Of a stretch of 64,000 bases of DNA, positions 32,601 to 42,866 are shown in pieces. The position numbers and the translations under genes were made by a program. Position 1 is the first letter of the stretch, and every line of letters begins with the position of its first letter. Origin of the DNA: Verrucomicrobiota bacterium. Lineage in GTDB: Bacteria > Verrucomicrobiota > Verrucomicrobiia > Opitutales > Coraliomargaritaceae. A model generated the notes under the pieces. That model did no database searches. It was given only the letters and a program-made list of their open reading frames with translations, and was not told the DNA's origin. The stretch covers positions 1-64,000 of the forward strand of contig JBCBZJ010000012.1 of NCBI GenBank assembly GCA_039815375.1, written 5' to 3'.

Positions 32601-33079
32601 GCTGCTTTGATGATCAGTGGAAAGCCGATTTTCTTAGCAGTCTTTAGCGCTTCATCGGGATCGGAGATCGGGTCTTCTGTGCCGGGTAGCGTGGGGACAC
32701 TGGCCTGGTCAGCAATCTTGCGGGCCTCAATCTTGTCTCCCATACGCGCGAGCAAGTCAGAGCTTGGCCCCACAAAAGTAATGCCGTTCTTTTCACAAGC
32801 CTCTGCGAAGTGCGCGTTCTCGGAAAGGAAACCATACCCGGGGTGAACCAGATCAACGCCCTTGGCCTTGGCCAGATCGATGATGCTCTCAATGTCGAGG
32901 TAGGCTGCAACAGGACCTTTACCTTCGCCAATAAGATAGGATTCATCAGCTTTGAAACGGTGGACGCCAAAACGGTCCTCATTGGCATAAATGGCGACTG
33001 TGCGGCAGTCGAGCTCAGTGGCGGAGCGGAAAATGCGGACGGCAATCTCACTCCGGTTGGCGGCGAGTAACTTCTTCAT
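29642..33079 (-). CDS. pyc: Pyruvate carboxylase
   Basis: ANRSEIA, ERDCSVQRRHQK, RDAHQSL, WGGATFD, EAMKM biotin site. Confidence 0.97.
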   Translation of the reverse strand: MKKLLAANRSEIAVRIFRSATELDCRTVAIYANEDRFGVHRFKADESYLIGEGKGPVAAYLDIESIIDLAKAKGVDLVHPGYGFLSENAHFAEACEKNGITFVGPSSDLLARMGDKIEARKIADQASVPTLPGTEDPISDPDEALKTAKKIGFPLIIKAAFGGGGRGMRVVKDPKDLKASLEEAQGEAQRAFGNASVFLERYIERAKHIEVQILGDKKGNVVHLHERDCSVQRRHQKVVEIAPSIGLPDGVRADLCDAAVQIAKSIGYYSAGTVEFLYDLDTDEWFFIEMNPRIQVEHTVTEVITGIDIVRSQVLIAQGHGLHSKKVGIPKQENIPRNGVAIQARITTEDPEKNFAPDYGKIVNYRSAAGFGIRLDGAMGDTGAVITPYYDSLLVKLTASAGCFEDAIQRMDRALREFRIRGVKTNIPFIENVINHPIFVSGKATTTLIDTSKELFNFKRRRDRATKLLKLLGETIVNGNDQVKGRPVPAMDLPLIIPEHDHTHKLPKGTKDYLTKHGPEKFAEWTRKQKKLLVTDTTMRDAHQSLLAARMRSYDQLKVADAVAQRAGDLFSVECWGGATFDTSMRFLHENPFKRLRRLRERIPNVCFQMLLRGANGVGYSNYPDNVIRGFIKHSAESGMDIFRVFDSLNYLPNLKVAMESIRKDTNSVCEGTICYTGDILDKQRDKYSLKYYVDIAKELEKMGAHIIALKDMSGLCTPHAVFKLVKALRDETDLPVHFHTHDSSGIAGASIIKAAEAGVDAVDLAVSSLSGLTSQPNLNSIVNALRGDKRDTKLNLDFLNELSIYYEAIRQYYEPFDTSPKFGSAEVYTHEMPGGQYTNLREQARALGLGTRWPEVVRYYHEVNLILGDIVKVTPSSKVVGDLSMFLLNKGVEPADLVNLEPGTAFPESVVDMLSGGLGQPKGGWPKKVQKVVLGDKKPFKGRPGTRAEKVDLEATRKELVTKYKREIGDDDLYAYLMYPQVFADLIKHVDNYGHARVLPTPAFFYGLKPGEEITVEIEEGKSLIVKLIYVSEPNEDGERTLTFELNGRARECVILDKSIKTDTKKRTKADPADKMQVGAPIPAMVSAVSVSVGQKIKKKEKLCVLEAMKMQTTVYALADGVVDVIEVQAGDQVDSKDLLVRLR

Positions 33080-33245
33080 AGGTAGGGAGCGGAAAACTAA
33101 GTTGGTCGTCCAGAGAAGGCGGCAGGCCTACACCTGTCAACGATGCAGCTCGACCTACTTTGGCTTAGGCCTCTTAGGTAGAGGTAATCTCGAGACAAGC
33201 CGTCGTCACCCCTGCGACGTGCATACACACCTTATTCCACTTTTT

Positions 33246-34304
33246 CTAAGCAGAATCCTGCCGAATTCCTGTGCCGACTTTACCATTGCCGGAGAGCAAA
33301 ACAGCAATCGGGCGAGCACTCGGAAAGTAGGAGCAGATAATCATAATAATCACCGTAATCGGCACACAGAGGAACATACCGGGAATGCCCCAAACCGAGC
33401 CCCACAAACCTAGGGAAAGCAGGATGACGATAGGGCTGAGATTGAGACGATTACCCATTAACTTAGGTTCAATCAGGCTGCCGATACAGAACTGAACTCC
33501 ACTAATCAACGAAATGGTGACGATGAAGGGGCCGAGCGTATCGGGAAACTGGACTAGGGAGAGTAGCGAAGGAAAGGCTGTCGCAATGAGAGAACCAATC
33601 GTCGGAATAAAATTGAGCAGGAAGATGAGTACGGCCCAGAAGCTGGCAAAGTCCACACCAACGAAATGCAGGATCACGAAACTCAAAATTCCTGTCGTCG
33701 CACTCGTCAGAACCTTAATCGCCACGTAAGTCCGAATATCGCCACGCATCTTACCTATGAGTTCAAAGGCGTCCTTCTGTTTGGTCCGGTCCTGAATGAT
33801 CGCCTTGATTTTATCGGCAAAAGTCCGCTGCTCGAGCAAAAGGAAGAGCAGGTAGACGATAATGATACCCGTGCTGCTGACCAGAGAACGAACCGTGCCG
33901 CCAAAATCCTGGAGCACGGAGCGAAGATCCACCTGATCAATGATCTCCTGGAGGTTGGGCACTTCTTCAACGCCAACCATCGTATAACCTTTATAAATCA
34001 GGGCCTCAATATTATCCTGATAAACAGGTGCTTCACGAATCACGCTCTGGATATTAACGGTGATGAGGTTAATAATAAAACTGATACCGAGAAGAATTAC
34101 ACCGATCGCCACTACCATGGAGAGTGCTTTCGGCACGCCGTAACCCCGAATGCGAATCGAGCTAATACCGTGGGCCAGAATACTAATTAGATAGGCAATC
34201 GCCCCAGCGATCACCAGCGGCAACAAGAGCGTCTGACCAATGTAGAGAACATAAAAGCTCAGGATTACCACAATCATGGCAAAGGCAGCTCGTTGTAACT
34301 TCAT
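33246..34304 (-). CDS. AI-2E family transporter
   Basis: LNFIPTIGS, IEPKLMGNRLNLSP, WGIPGMFLCVP. Confidence 0.9.
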   Translation of the reverse strand: MKLQRAAFAMIVVILSFYVLYIGQTLLLPLVIAGAIAYLISILAHGISSIRIRGYGVPKALSMVVAIGVILLGISFIINLITVNIQSVIREAPVYQDNIEALIYKGYTMVGVEEVPNLQEIIDQVDLRSVLQDFGGTVRSLVSSTGIIIVYLLFLLLEQRTFADKIKAIIQDRTKQKDAFELIGKMRGDIRTYVAIKVLTSATTGILSFVILHFVGVDFASFWAVLIFLLNFIPTIGSLIATAFPSLLSLVQFPDTLGPFIVTISLISGVQFCIGSLIEPKLMGNRLNLSPIVILLSLGLWGSVWGIPGMFLCVPITVIIMIICSYFPSARPIAVLLSGNGKVGTGIRQDSA

Positions 34305-34540
34305 TATTTAATGCTAGGCCGCTTCAAAGTGCTTTGTCGAATGATAAGGTCGGGGATTCACAAACATTCTCTCGAATATCACTCTGAGCCTAACGAAACA
34401 CTTAATAAAATCTAGTTATAGCTGCTCTCAAAGGCAAGGTGGACGAAATCTGGGTTACAATCGATTTGGATGTCGATTTCTGCTTCGCTGACTCTGACTT
34501 CGGGACACGTGAGAATTAAGGCAACGCTTTTAGCAATTTA

Positions 34541-35371
34541 TTAGACACACTCTAAGCGTTTCAGGAGAATTTCATGACCATCGACAACCGCTTCGGCGTA
34601 AGCCTGTCGAAACGCTGCCAAACTCGGGAAATCGAAACCGGGAACAAATCGCGCATCGATTTTCAAGCGAATCGAAGGCTCAACAAAAGGCCATGGGTCG
34701 AGAGTGTGCGTGGTCTTGTCGATGCGTCTAAACACAACCTCAACTTTTTCGCCCGAAACTCTGCTCAAGCCATGCCTCAACTCAATCGGCTCAGGGAAAT
34801 CGGTGCAGGCATAAAGCGAAAAACTATCGCACGCCTGAAGGAATTCGAAACCCTCCCGCAGGTTCTCCTTCGAGAGATGGCTCGCATCCATCCCCTGCCG
34901 TAACAATTCTTCAATTAGCTCAAGCCGCCGCGCACGTTGCTGCGAAATAAACCGGCCATGGATATCCATTTCCTCTTCGCTCAGGGCAGAGAGGTCTGCC
35001 TGTTCAGTGAGCAAGTTATCGGTATGCATGGAAATGAGAATCCCGGCAAAGCGATCTTCCATCGCTGCAGCTTCTGTCGCCTCACCACGCACAGCCAGAT
35101 AATCCTCCATATCAATCTCCTCAAATGCATCATAGGAACCGACTAACTCCCGAGAAAACGCACTGGGTAATCCTTCCGGGGTAAGAAAGGGTTCCGCATC
35201 GCGTCTAATCCATGAATCATCGTGATGAAAGACTGCATGGATGACACTATCCACTGGCCCTGGCTTCGCGAACCTAGTTGTATCAACAGCCTCGGCAAAA
35301 TGCCCTGCGAGCTTTGCGTGCTCACGATGCGTAACAAGAATCCAACCACCGTCCTTTTCTAATCTCAGCAT
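34541..35371 (-). CDS. DUF3891-family protein
   Basis: HREHAKLAGHFA, HHDDSW, LISMH, LQACDSFSL, LDPWPF. Confidence 0.75.
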   Translation of the reverse strand: MLRLEKDGGWILVTHREHAKLAGHFAEAVDTTRFAKPGPVDSVIHAVFHHDDSWIRRDAEPFLTPEGLPSAFSRELVGSYDAFEEIDMEDYLAVRGEATEAAAMEDRFAGILISMHTDNLLTEQADLSALSEEEMDIHGRFISQQRARRLELIEELLRQGMDASHLSKENLREGFEFLQACDSFSLYACTDFPEPIELRHGLSRVSGEKVEVVFRRIDKTTHTLDPWPFVEPSIRLKIDARFVPGFDFPSLAAFRQAYAEAVVDGHEILLKRLECV

Positions 35372-35430
35372 AAATTAAGACTAACATTTGTTGTTCCAAT
35401 TCGCATTCCCAATAAAAATGACTGCCTGAC

Positions 35431-35892
35431 ATGAAAAGTATCGAAGAAAACCTGGCCGCGCTAGAGCTTCAGCTACCGGCGGCTCCCGGTGCCGGGGGCA
35501 ACTATGTCCCCTTCAAAATCATCGAAAAGACCTTGATTCTTTCAGGAGTTATCAGCGTCTCGAACGGCAGAATCCTGACCGGACAAGTCGGCCAAAGCTG
35601 TGAAATAGAAGAGGCCCGCGAGGCCGCCAAAGCCTGCGCGCTAAATGCCCTTGCTGTAATTAAAGAAGCACTCGGCGGCAGCTTTGATCGATTGGATTCA
35701 ATTCATTCGATGAGCGGATACGTAAACGGCATCTCGGATTTTCCTGATGCACCTTTGGTCATCAACGGGGCATCCGATCTTTTCATCGCACTAATGGGAG
35801 ACTCCGGAAGGCATACCCGCACAGCAGTTACGGTGGCGGGGCTTCCCAAAGGCGCAATGGTCGAAATTCAGGTCACAGCCGGACTGAAATAG
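35431..35892 (+). CDS. RidA/YjgF family protein
   Basis: NYVPF, INGASDL, GRHTRTAV, LPKGAMVEI. Confidence 0.9.
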   Translation: MKSIEENLAALELQLPAAPGAGGNYVPFKIIEKTLILSGVISVSNGRILTGQVGQSCEIEEAREAAKACALNALAVIKEALGGSFDRLDSIHSMSGYVNGISDFPDAPLVINGASDLFIALMGDSGRHTRTAVTVAGLPKGAMVEIQVTAGLK

Positions 35893-35930
35893 TTTTACAG
35901 CTGAGGCATAGTTACTGCTCGGCATGCCCG

Positions 35931-36596
35931 GTGCGCGAGGTCGATCGAAAGTATGTAATCCTACTCACTGTCTTCATTGCGGTCATGGCCGTGCTCAATG
36001 TCATCAGTGCGAAACTGGCCCTGATCCCATTTTGGTTTGCACCTGTCAGCGCCGGGATCATCTGCTACTGGCTCACTTTCCCCATCACGGATGCGGTTGG
36101 CGAAGTCTACGGAAAAGCGAACGCCATGTTTCTTGTCTGGATGGGATTTGTGGCGAACATCCTTGTTCTCGGGCTCAGTGCGTGGGCCATCGCTCTGGAA
36201 CCTTCCGAACTCTATGCTCACCAGTCAGCGATGGAAAATGTGTTGGGCTCGGTGCCACTGATTGTGATTGCTTCGCTGACTGCTTATCTTTCGGCCCAGT
36301 TGCATGACGTTTGGGCCTACCACTTCTGGAAGACAATTACCAAGGGCAAACATATGTGGCTCCGTAATAATCTCAGCACAATCTCTTCCCAGTTGATCGA
36401 CTCCCTGATTTTCAATGGTATCGCCTTTTACTTGTTTGGCGAAGTGGACTGGACCTTTCTGGATTTTCTCGGAACGACCCTCGCCTATTGGATGCTCAAG
36501 CTCTGCATCGCTGTGGTCGATACCCCCCTCGTTTACGTTCTACACTATTGGCTGACCGGGAAGTGGGCACCGGAACCTTCCAGCGAAAGAGCCTGA
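35931..36596 (+). CDS. Queuosine precursor transporter (YhhQ/VUT family)
   Basis: FPITDAVGEVYG, ASLTAYLSAQLHDV, WLRNNLST..SQLIDS, DTPLVY. Confidence 0.85.
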   Translation: MREVDRKYVILLTVFIAVMAVLNVISAKLALIPFWFAPVSAGIICYWLTFPITDAVGEVYGKANAMFLVWMGFVANILVLGLSAWAIALEPSELYAHQSAMENVLGSVPLIVIASLTAYLSAQLHDVWAYHFWKTITKGKHMWLRNNLSTISSQLIDSLIFNGIAFYLFGEVDWTFLDFLGTTLAYWMLKLCIAVVDTPLVYVLHYWLTGKWAPEPSSERA

Positions 36597-36614
36597 CCTC
36601 TCGCTGAAGCACCC

Positions 36615-37841
36615 ATGAATATTTCCAACTCCATCGTCTTCTTTGGCCCAGAGCTGGAGCCCCATACCTGCGAGTTGTTTTCCGTTGAAGACGGGATTAT
36701 CTCTAAAATCGAACTCGGCGATCCGATCATGCAGATTGAGGAGGGCGCTCTTGTCCTAATTCCCGGCCTATACAATAGCCATACCCATATGGGGGATAGC
36801 ATTTTACCTGACGGAGCAACGGGTATGACCTTGGAGCAGGGCTTTTTTCGACCCAAAGGCTATAAGTATCGAGAACTCGCCAAGGCTCCGCGTGATGAGC
36901 ATCTCAAGAATATCTGCGCTCACCTTCGCTACATGGCGCGGACCGGCACAGTTGGCCATATTGATTTTCGCGAACAGGGAGTTTACGGCAGCGAATTGCT
37001 TCGGGAAGCGTCCGAAATGACCGGTGTCAATTCTATCATCCTCGGGCAATTCAACGAGCTTCCATTCACGTCTGAGGAGCTCGACCAGAATTCAAAAGAG
37101 CTTACGGAGAATGGTATTAGCGAGCTCGAAAAACTACTCGGGATCGCCGATGGGTTCTCCGAGAGCACAATGAACGACCTGACTGACCCGGCCTGGTCCA
37201 GGGTCCGAGAACTCACGAACAAGGCAGGGAAGCTGCGCGCCATCCACTGCCTTGAAAACGAAGGCTATCGAAATGAAAGCCTGCGTATTGCCGGACGCGG
37301 CGACCTTATTCGTGCGATCGAACTATTCGCGCCGCACCTGATTATTCATCTCACTGTAGCCGACCCGGATGAGATCCGCCTACTTAAGGAAAACAAGGTG
37401 AACGGTGTTTTGAATCCGCGGGCAAATGGAAATCTCGGGCTGCCGATTCCACCGGTTCGCGCGCTCCTTGACGCTGGCATCAACCTGATGCTGGGAACCG
37501 ACAACGGATTGCTGAACAGCCCGAACATGTTTGCGGAACTCGACTACACTTATAAAATTACCAAGAGCCAATATGGAGACGCTATCTCCCCGGACCCACT
37601 AGCGATTCTCAAAATGGCAACGAGCAACGTTCGGTCAGCTTTGAATGATGCCTACCCTGTCGGAGGCTATCTGGCTGAGGGCATGCCCGCTGATTTCTGC
37701 GTGCTAAATTTCCATCAACCTCACCTACGCCGCAGCCGCCATTTGCCTGCAAGCGTGACTACGCGCGTAACGCCGGAGGACGTGTTAGCCACTTACCGAT
37801 CAGGAAACTCGATCTGGCAATCGCCGGAATTCCCCCCCTAA
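36615..37841 (+). CDS. Amidohydrolase (deaminase-type)
   Basis: PGLYNSHTHMGD, IHCLE, NPRAN, LGTDN. Confidence 0.85.
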   Translation: MNISNSIVFFGPELEPHTCELFSVEDGIISKIELGDPIMQIEEGALVLIPGLYNSHTHMGDSILPDGATGMTLEQGFFRPKGYKYRELAKAPRDEHLKNICAHLRYMARTGTVGHIDFREQGVYGSELLREASEMTGVNSIILGQFNELPFTSEELDQNSKELTENGISELEKLLGIADGFSESTMNDLTDPAWSRVRELTNKAGKLRAIHCLENEGYRNESLRIAGRGDLIRAIELFAPHLIIHLTVADPDEIRLLKENKVNGVLNPRANGNLGLPIPPVRALLDAGINLMLGTDNGLLNSPNMFAELDYTYKITKSQYGDAISPDPLAILKMATSNVRSALNDAYPVGGYLAEGMPADFCVLNFHQPHLRRSRHLPASVTTRVTPEDVLATYRSGNSIWQSPEFPP

Positions 37842-38263
37842 ACCTGCGCTGGATCAACGAACTCCAGCGAGCCGTCGTCCTTCAGGCGGCGGTAGTAACA
37901 ACCACTGCGGGCAACGCCATCCTTACTTTTAGTATGGCACGCACCCTTCCCTGCCGGTGTGACCTTGTAGAGAATTGAATTTTGCTCACAGTTCACACGC
38001 AGTTCCTCGAGCTTGAGATAGTCGCCGCTGGTCATGCCCTTGATCCAGAGCTCATTGCGACTCGTGCTCCAAAAAGTCGCCATACCCTTTTCAAGCGCCG
38101 TCTCGACCGCGAGCTGGTTGGCATAACCTACAATGAGCACCTCGCCTGTGTGGGCATCCTGCGCTACAGCAGGCAGCACGTCCGCTTCGCAGTTTGCAAC
38201 TTTTCGCAGCTTGGTAAAATCAAGATTGAGTAAAGAGCCTTCTTCCAGTTCTTCGTGAGTCAT
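37838..38263 (-). CDS. hisI: Phosphoribosyl-AMP cyclohydrolase
   Basis: [26 protein letters not shown]...CYY. Confidence 0.9.
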   Translation of the reverse strand: MTHEELEEGSLLNLDFTKLRKVANCEADVLPAVAQDAHTGEVLIVGYANQLAVETALEKGMATFWSTSRNELWIKGMTSGDYLKLEELRVNCEQNSILYKVTPAGKGACHTKSKDGVARSGCYYRRLKDDGSLEFVDPAQV

Positions 38264-38440
38264 TCTGCCGAGCTAAGTCCAGCGGGTGCGACAGTCGAGT
38301 TTCGATTTCAACGAATGAAAGCAATTCATAGCTCGACATTTTCTTTTTGCTTTTCATCCAAAGGGATCGGCTCATCTTTAGTCGCTCTTTTCAACAATAG
38401 ACCTACGCGGCACCCTACCGCTCTTAAACAGACAAAGACT

Positions 38441-40414
38441 ATGCAAACAGAGATTCTGTCACAAGCAGCCACTCAAGCCCGCGGACTCGCGATCGACGCC
38501 ATCCACGCCTGCAGCTCAGGCCACCTCGGCCTCCCACTCGGTTGCGCTGAAATCGGCGCCGTCCTCTTCGGCGCAGGTGGCCTCCGATACAACCCGGCAG
38601 AACCCAAGTGGCTCAACCGGGATCGCTTCGTGCTCTCCGGCGGCCACGGCTCCATGTTCATTTACGGCTGGCTCCACCTCGCCGGCTACCATCTTTCGAT
38701 TGAAGAAGTGAAGAACTTCCGTCAGCTCGGCTCGGAAACTCCGGGGCACCCTGAGTTTGGTGATACCGTCGGTGTTGAAGCCACTACTGGCCCGCTCGGT
38801 CAGGGCATAGGCAACGCTGTCGGCTACGCCGTATCCGGCAAACGTGCCGCAGCCAAATTCAACACTGCCGATCACACCATCTTCGATCACCACGTCTTCG
38901 CTCTTCACGGCGACGGCTGCCTGCAGGAAGGCGTGGCCAAAGAGTCGATCGCTTTCGCGGGTCATAACAAGCTCGATAACCTCATCCTGATCTACGACTC
39001 CAATGACGTCACCCTCGACGCCATGGCCGAGCAGACCCAGAGCGAAGATGCCGAAGCTTACTTCACTTCTCAGGGATGGGATGCAGTCACCATCGACGGC
39101 CACGACTTAGAAGCTGTTTCCGGCGCGATCCACGAGGCCAAAACCAACGACAACGGCAAGCCCAAGGTCATTATCGCCAAGACCACAATCGGCAAGGGTA
39201 TCCCCGAAGTCGAAGGCAGCGCAGCCGGTCACGGTGAAGGCGGTGCAAAATTTGCCGAAGGTGCACGCAAGGGCCTTGGTCTTCCTGAAGAGACCTTCTA
39301 CGTCTCCGACGAAGTTCGCGGCCACTTTGCCGCCCTCGCAGACGCTGCCAAGGCTACCCAGGAAGAATGGCAGGCCACCTTCGACGCATGGTCCACTGCC
39401 AACCCGGAGCTCGCAGCCGAGCTCACTGGTCCGGTTCCGTCAGATATCCTGAGCAGTATCCCTGAATTCGAAGCAGGCACCAAGGTGGCCACTCGTGCCG
39501 CTGGTGGCACCGTCATCCAGTCTGTGGCCAAGGCTGTCCCGCAACTCATCACCGGCTCGGCCGACCTTTTTGGTTCAACCAAGAACTACATCAAGGAAGC
39601 CGGCGACTTCTCGGCCAAAGATCCGCTCGGCCGCAACATCTGGTTCGGTATCCGCGAGCACGGCATGGGTGCGATCTGTAACGGGATCGCTTACGATGGC
39701 ATCTTCCGCGCCAGCGGTGCCACCTTCCTCGTCTTTGCCGACTACATGCGCGGTTCGATCCGCCTCGCTGCGCTCGCCGGTATTCCCGTCACTTACATCT
39801 TCACTCATGATTCCGTCGGTGTCGGTGAAGACGGCCCGACCCACCAGCCTGTGGAAACTGTCAGCGGCCTTCGTGTAATTCCAAATCTCGACGTCATCCG
39901 CCCCGGTGATCCGGAAGAGACTGCCGGTGCCTTTGCCGCTGCCATCGAACGCACTGATGGACCAACCGCTCTCATCCTCACTCGTCAAGGCATCCCTTCG
40001 CAGGACAGCATCTCTGCGGCTGGCCGCCGCGAAGGCACCCTCAAGGGCGGCTATATCGCGAAAGAAGAAACCGGCGACCTGAAGCTCATCCTTCTCGCCA
40101 CCGGCTCCGAGCTCCAGCACGCCATGGGTGCAGCCGAGCAACTCGGCGACGGCGTCCGCGTGGTCTCCCTTCCCTGCTTTGAACGTTTCGAGCGCCAGTC
40201 CACTGACTACATTGAAAGCGTCCTTCCCAGCAGCTGCACTACACGTGTGGCCGTGGAGGCCGGCGTCTCCGCAACATGGGGCAAATACGTCGGTCTCGCC
40301 GGCAAGACCGTCTGCATCGACCGCTTCGGTATGTCCGCCCCCGGCGACACCGTCATGGAGCAACTCGGCATGACTGCCGACAACGTCGCCGCCGTTGCCA
40401 AGGAACTACTCTAA
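38441..40414 (+). CDS. tkt: Transketolase
   Basis: [41 protein letters not shown]. Confidence 0.97.
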   Translation: MQTEILSQAATQARGLAIDAIHACSSGHLGLPLGCAEIGAVLFGAGGLRYNPAEPKWLNRDRFVLSGGHGSMFIYGWLHLAGYHLSIEEVKNFRQLGSETPGHPEFGDTVGVEATTGPLGQGIGNAVGYAVSGKRAAAKFNTADHTIFDHHVFALHGDGCLQEGVAKESIAFAGHNKLDNLILIYDSNDVTLDAMAEQTQSEDAEAYFTSQGWDAVTIDGHDLEAVSGAIHEAKTNDNGKPKVIIAKTTIGKGIPEVEGSAAGHGEGGAKFAEGARKGLGLPEETFYVSDEVRGHFAALADAAKATQEEWQATFDAWSTANPELAAELTGPVPSDILSSIPEFEAGTKVATRAAGGTVIQSVAKAVPQLITGSADLFGSTKNYIKEAGDFSAKDPLGRNIWFGIREHGMGAICNGIAYDGIFRASGATFLVFADYMRGSIRLAALAGIPVTYIFTHDSVGVGEDGPTHQPVETVSGLRVIPNLDVIRPGDPEETAGAFAAAIERTDGPTALILTRQGIPSQDSISAAGRREGTLKGGYIAKEETGDLKLILLATGSELQHAMGAAEQLGDGVRVVSLPCFERFERQSTDYIESVLPSSCTTRVAVEAGVSATWGKYVGLAGKTVCIDRFGMSAPGDTVMEQLGMTADNVAAVAKELL

Positions 40415-40436
40415 AGTGTAGTTGATATTTCGATAC

Positions 40437-40469
40437 AAAGGCCGCTTCGCAAGGAGCGGCCTTTTTTTT
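40437..40469 (+). terminator. Rho-independent terminator of tkt
   Basis: AAAGGCCGCTTC-GCAA-GGAGCGGCCTTT plus T-tract. Confidence 0.9.
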
Positions 40470-41304
40470 AACCGAAACGATGCAGCCGAACTTCAAAAAC
40501 ATAATATCGAGTGAGGTCATTGCTTTTTTATAAGCCACATTCCTCATGCAAAGCATTGGAAATGTGCTCACCCAAATGGTGTTTTCGAATTTTTTATAGT
40601 GTGTCTAATGAATTACTAAAAGTGTTACTTTACTTCTCACGTATCTCGAAATCGAAGTCGACGAAGCGGACGTAATAAAATGAAGATGGCGTAGCAAATC
40701 GACATCCAAATCGATTTCGTCCACTTTACCGAGGAGAGTCACCATAATTGGATTTAACTGAACGTCCTCCTGGGCGAGAAGCGCACATCGCTGACCGTCA
40801 GAGCTGCAGTCACGTGCTTTCGTCACCTAAGGAATTCTTAAATCATCTCAAAGTGATGTCTACACTGTCTCCCTAAATGAGACATATCCCTTTTAAGAAG
40901 TCCGTTTGCCTATTCAGGGTGGAAAACCAATTGATAATGACCCGATGCCTTTCACGCTCCTCGAGGGACAAATCTGCATCGGCAAGCCTATTAGACCAGT
41001 TTGGAAACGAGACTGTTAACATAAACAATAATAGTGATTATATGTTCACTATTAATCAAATCTAAAATGATCTCTCCTGATCGACGCACCCTCCAGCTCT
41101 CGCGCGCGTATTCGGAGACAAATTGACACATCTGGCCAATGACATATCAGCTCCAGAAAACTTCAGTATTTCCTATGCCTTTGTTAAACAACAAGTTTGG
41201 ACGCCCATCCTATTAAGCTTGAGCCAACTTTCGATCTAACGATTCTTCAAAAAATACACTAATAAACACTGATATAGAAAAAATGAAGAAGGAAAAAGAA
41301 TAGC

Positions 41305-41520
41305 ATGGGATGGATATTAATAGCACTTGGCATTGTTCTCCTTGCTCTCACTGCAAAAGAATTTTTCGACGGTGAATCCGACAGCATCTACCTTTTGGAC
41401 TGGGACTGGATCTGGTTTGATCTCTCTAGGCACGAACATCCACTCCTCTACAATGCTGCTCTGACCGCTCAGGTGGTCGCCGGAATAGGACTCATTGGTT
41501 CAGGTATCGCAGCACTTTGA
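41305..41520 (+). CDS. Cassette 1: small membrane protein
   Basis: Two hydrophobic segments; followed by attC. Confidence 0.6.
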   Translation: MGWILIALGIVLLALTAKEFFDGESDSIYLLDWDWIWFDLSRHEHPLLYNAALTAQVVAGIGLIGSGIAAL

Positions 41521-41538
41521 CCGAGACGAAATTGAAGA

Positions 41539-41609
41539 CTATATCCAGTCGCACCTATCAACTCCTTTCGCGCTCCGCGCTTCAGTCGCGATAGTGCTCC
41601 ACGTTCTAA
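41539..41609 (+). other. attC1
   Basis: CTATATC-cagtc-GCACCTAT ... ATAGTGC-tccac-GTTCTAA; one extra base in L''. Confidence 0.85.
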
Positions 41610-41615
41610 AAAGAA

Positions 41616-41900
41616 ATGAACTTTGATCCCAAAGGTCTAATCGAAGCAGCAAAGAAAGAGCATCCATCTCTCGAATGGCTGCCACATGCCTTGCTGAACC
41701 TTAAGGAAGAGAAGAAAAGAACAGAATACTATATCCACTACGTCGATCCAACGAACGCCAATCAATCAGGCTCCGAATGGCAGTTCTCGCACACCGTTGA
41801 AATAAAGGAATCAGAATTTGGTGCAGTTATGATCGATATTTTGAAAGGAAATCAAATTGGTGGTATTGAACTTTACTCAAAATTGATGGACGCAGAATGA
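41616..41900 (+). CDS. Cassette 2: hypothetical protein
   Basis: ORF between GTTCTAA and TTAGAAC. Confidence 0.7.
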   Translation: MNFDPKGLIEAAKKEHPSLEWLPHALLNLKEEKKRTEYYIHYVDPTNANQSGSEWQFSHTVEIKESEFGAVMIDILKGNQIGGIELYSKLMDAE

Positions 41901-41920
41901 GCCAAACATCTGAAACGAAA

Positions 41921-41982
<62 letters not shown>

Positions 41983-41989
41983 AAATAGA

Positions 41990-42232
41990 ATGAACCCATC
42001 TAAAGAACTTAGATGCCCAGAATGTGATGGATTGGTTTTCAATAGACGGTATCCAAAGTGCGAACACTGCGGCGCTGATCTACCTAAAGAGTTCCGACTA
42101 ACAGAAAAAGAGAAAGAAGAAGCAAATGAACTTCGAAATCAACAGAGGATGAAGAGAGAGAAAGAAAATTGGAGTTTTCTATATGACAGAGATCCAACCT
42201 CTGGTGGCGATGGAGGCTACGTTGATGTTTGA
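41990..42232 (+). CDS. Cassette 3: small Zn-ribbon protein
   Basis: CPEC...CEHC. Confidence 0.65.
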   Translation: MNPSKELRCPECDGLVFNRRYPKCEHCGADLPKEFRLTEKEKEEANELRNQQRMKREKENWSFLYDRDPTSGGDGGYVDV

Positions 42233-42240
42233 AACCGAAA

Positions 42241-42345
<105 letters not shown>

Positions 42346-42355
42346 TAAAAAACCC

Positions 42356-42845
42356 ATGACCAACACCGCCAGAATTTGCCTCGCCCTATTCAGTCTCGCC
42401 TTCACGAGTTATGTGAATGCAGATGAGAAGCCGAAATCCGATTCGCCAAGCGCGGCTCTCTTGTCCTACTACGAAGCCCTGAAGAAGGGCGACCTGGATG
42501 CCGCGAAGAGTCTCACGGCAAATTTCGCGAAACTTCCAGCTGAGTATGTGAGCCAGTATACCTCCAAGTATTCTGAAGGAGCGAAGGCCGACAAACTCAC
42601 CATCAAACTGGTTCCCAAGTCATCGAAGGTCTCAGAGCGCTGTTGTAACGTTCGAGGACGGAAACAAAGAGAAGCCTCATTACGATCCCGCATACCTTAT
42701 CAAGCAGGACGGGAAATGGAGGGTGTTCCTCAAGCTCACTAAGTGGGAACATCCAGCCTTTGAAATCACTGAAGACCAAAAGAAGCGATTCGCAGAATTA
42801 GAAAAATGGTTCGATAAGGAAAAGGACAGGCTTTATGGTCGATAG
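42356..42845 (+). pseudogene. Cassette 4: frameshifted exported NTF2-like protein
   Basis: Signal peptide; after about 42637 the sensible sequence continues in another frame AVVTFEDG...YLIKQDGKWRV...DRLYGR* (TAG 42843-42845). Confidence 0.7.
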
Positions 42846-42866
42846 CATACGCCGTCGAAACAACGA

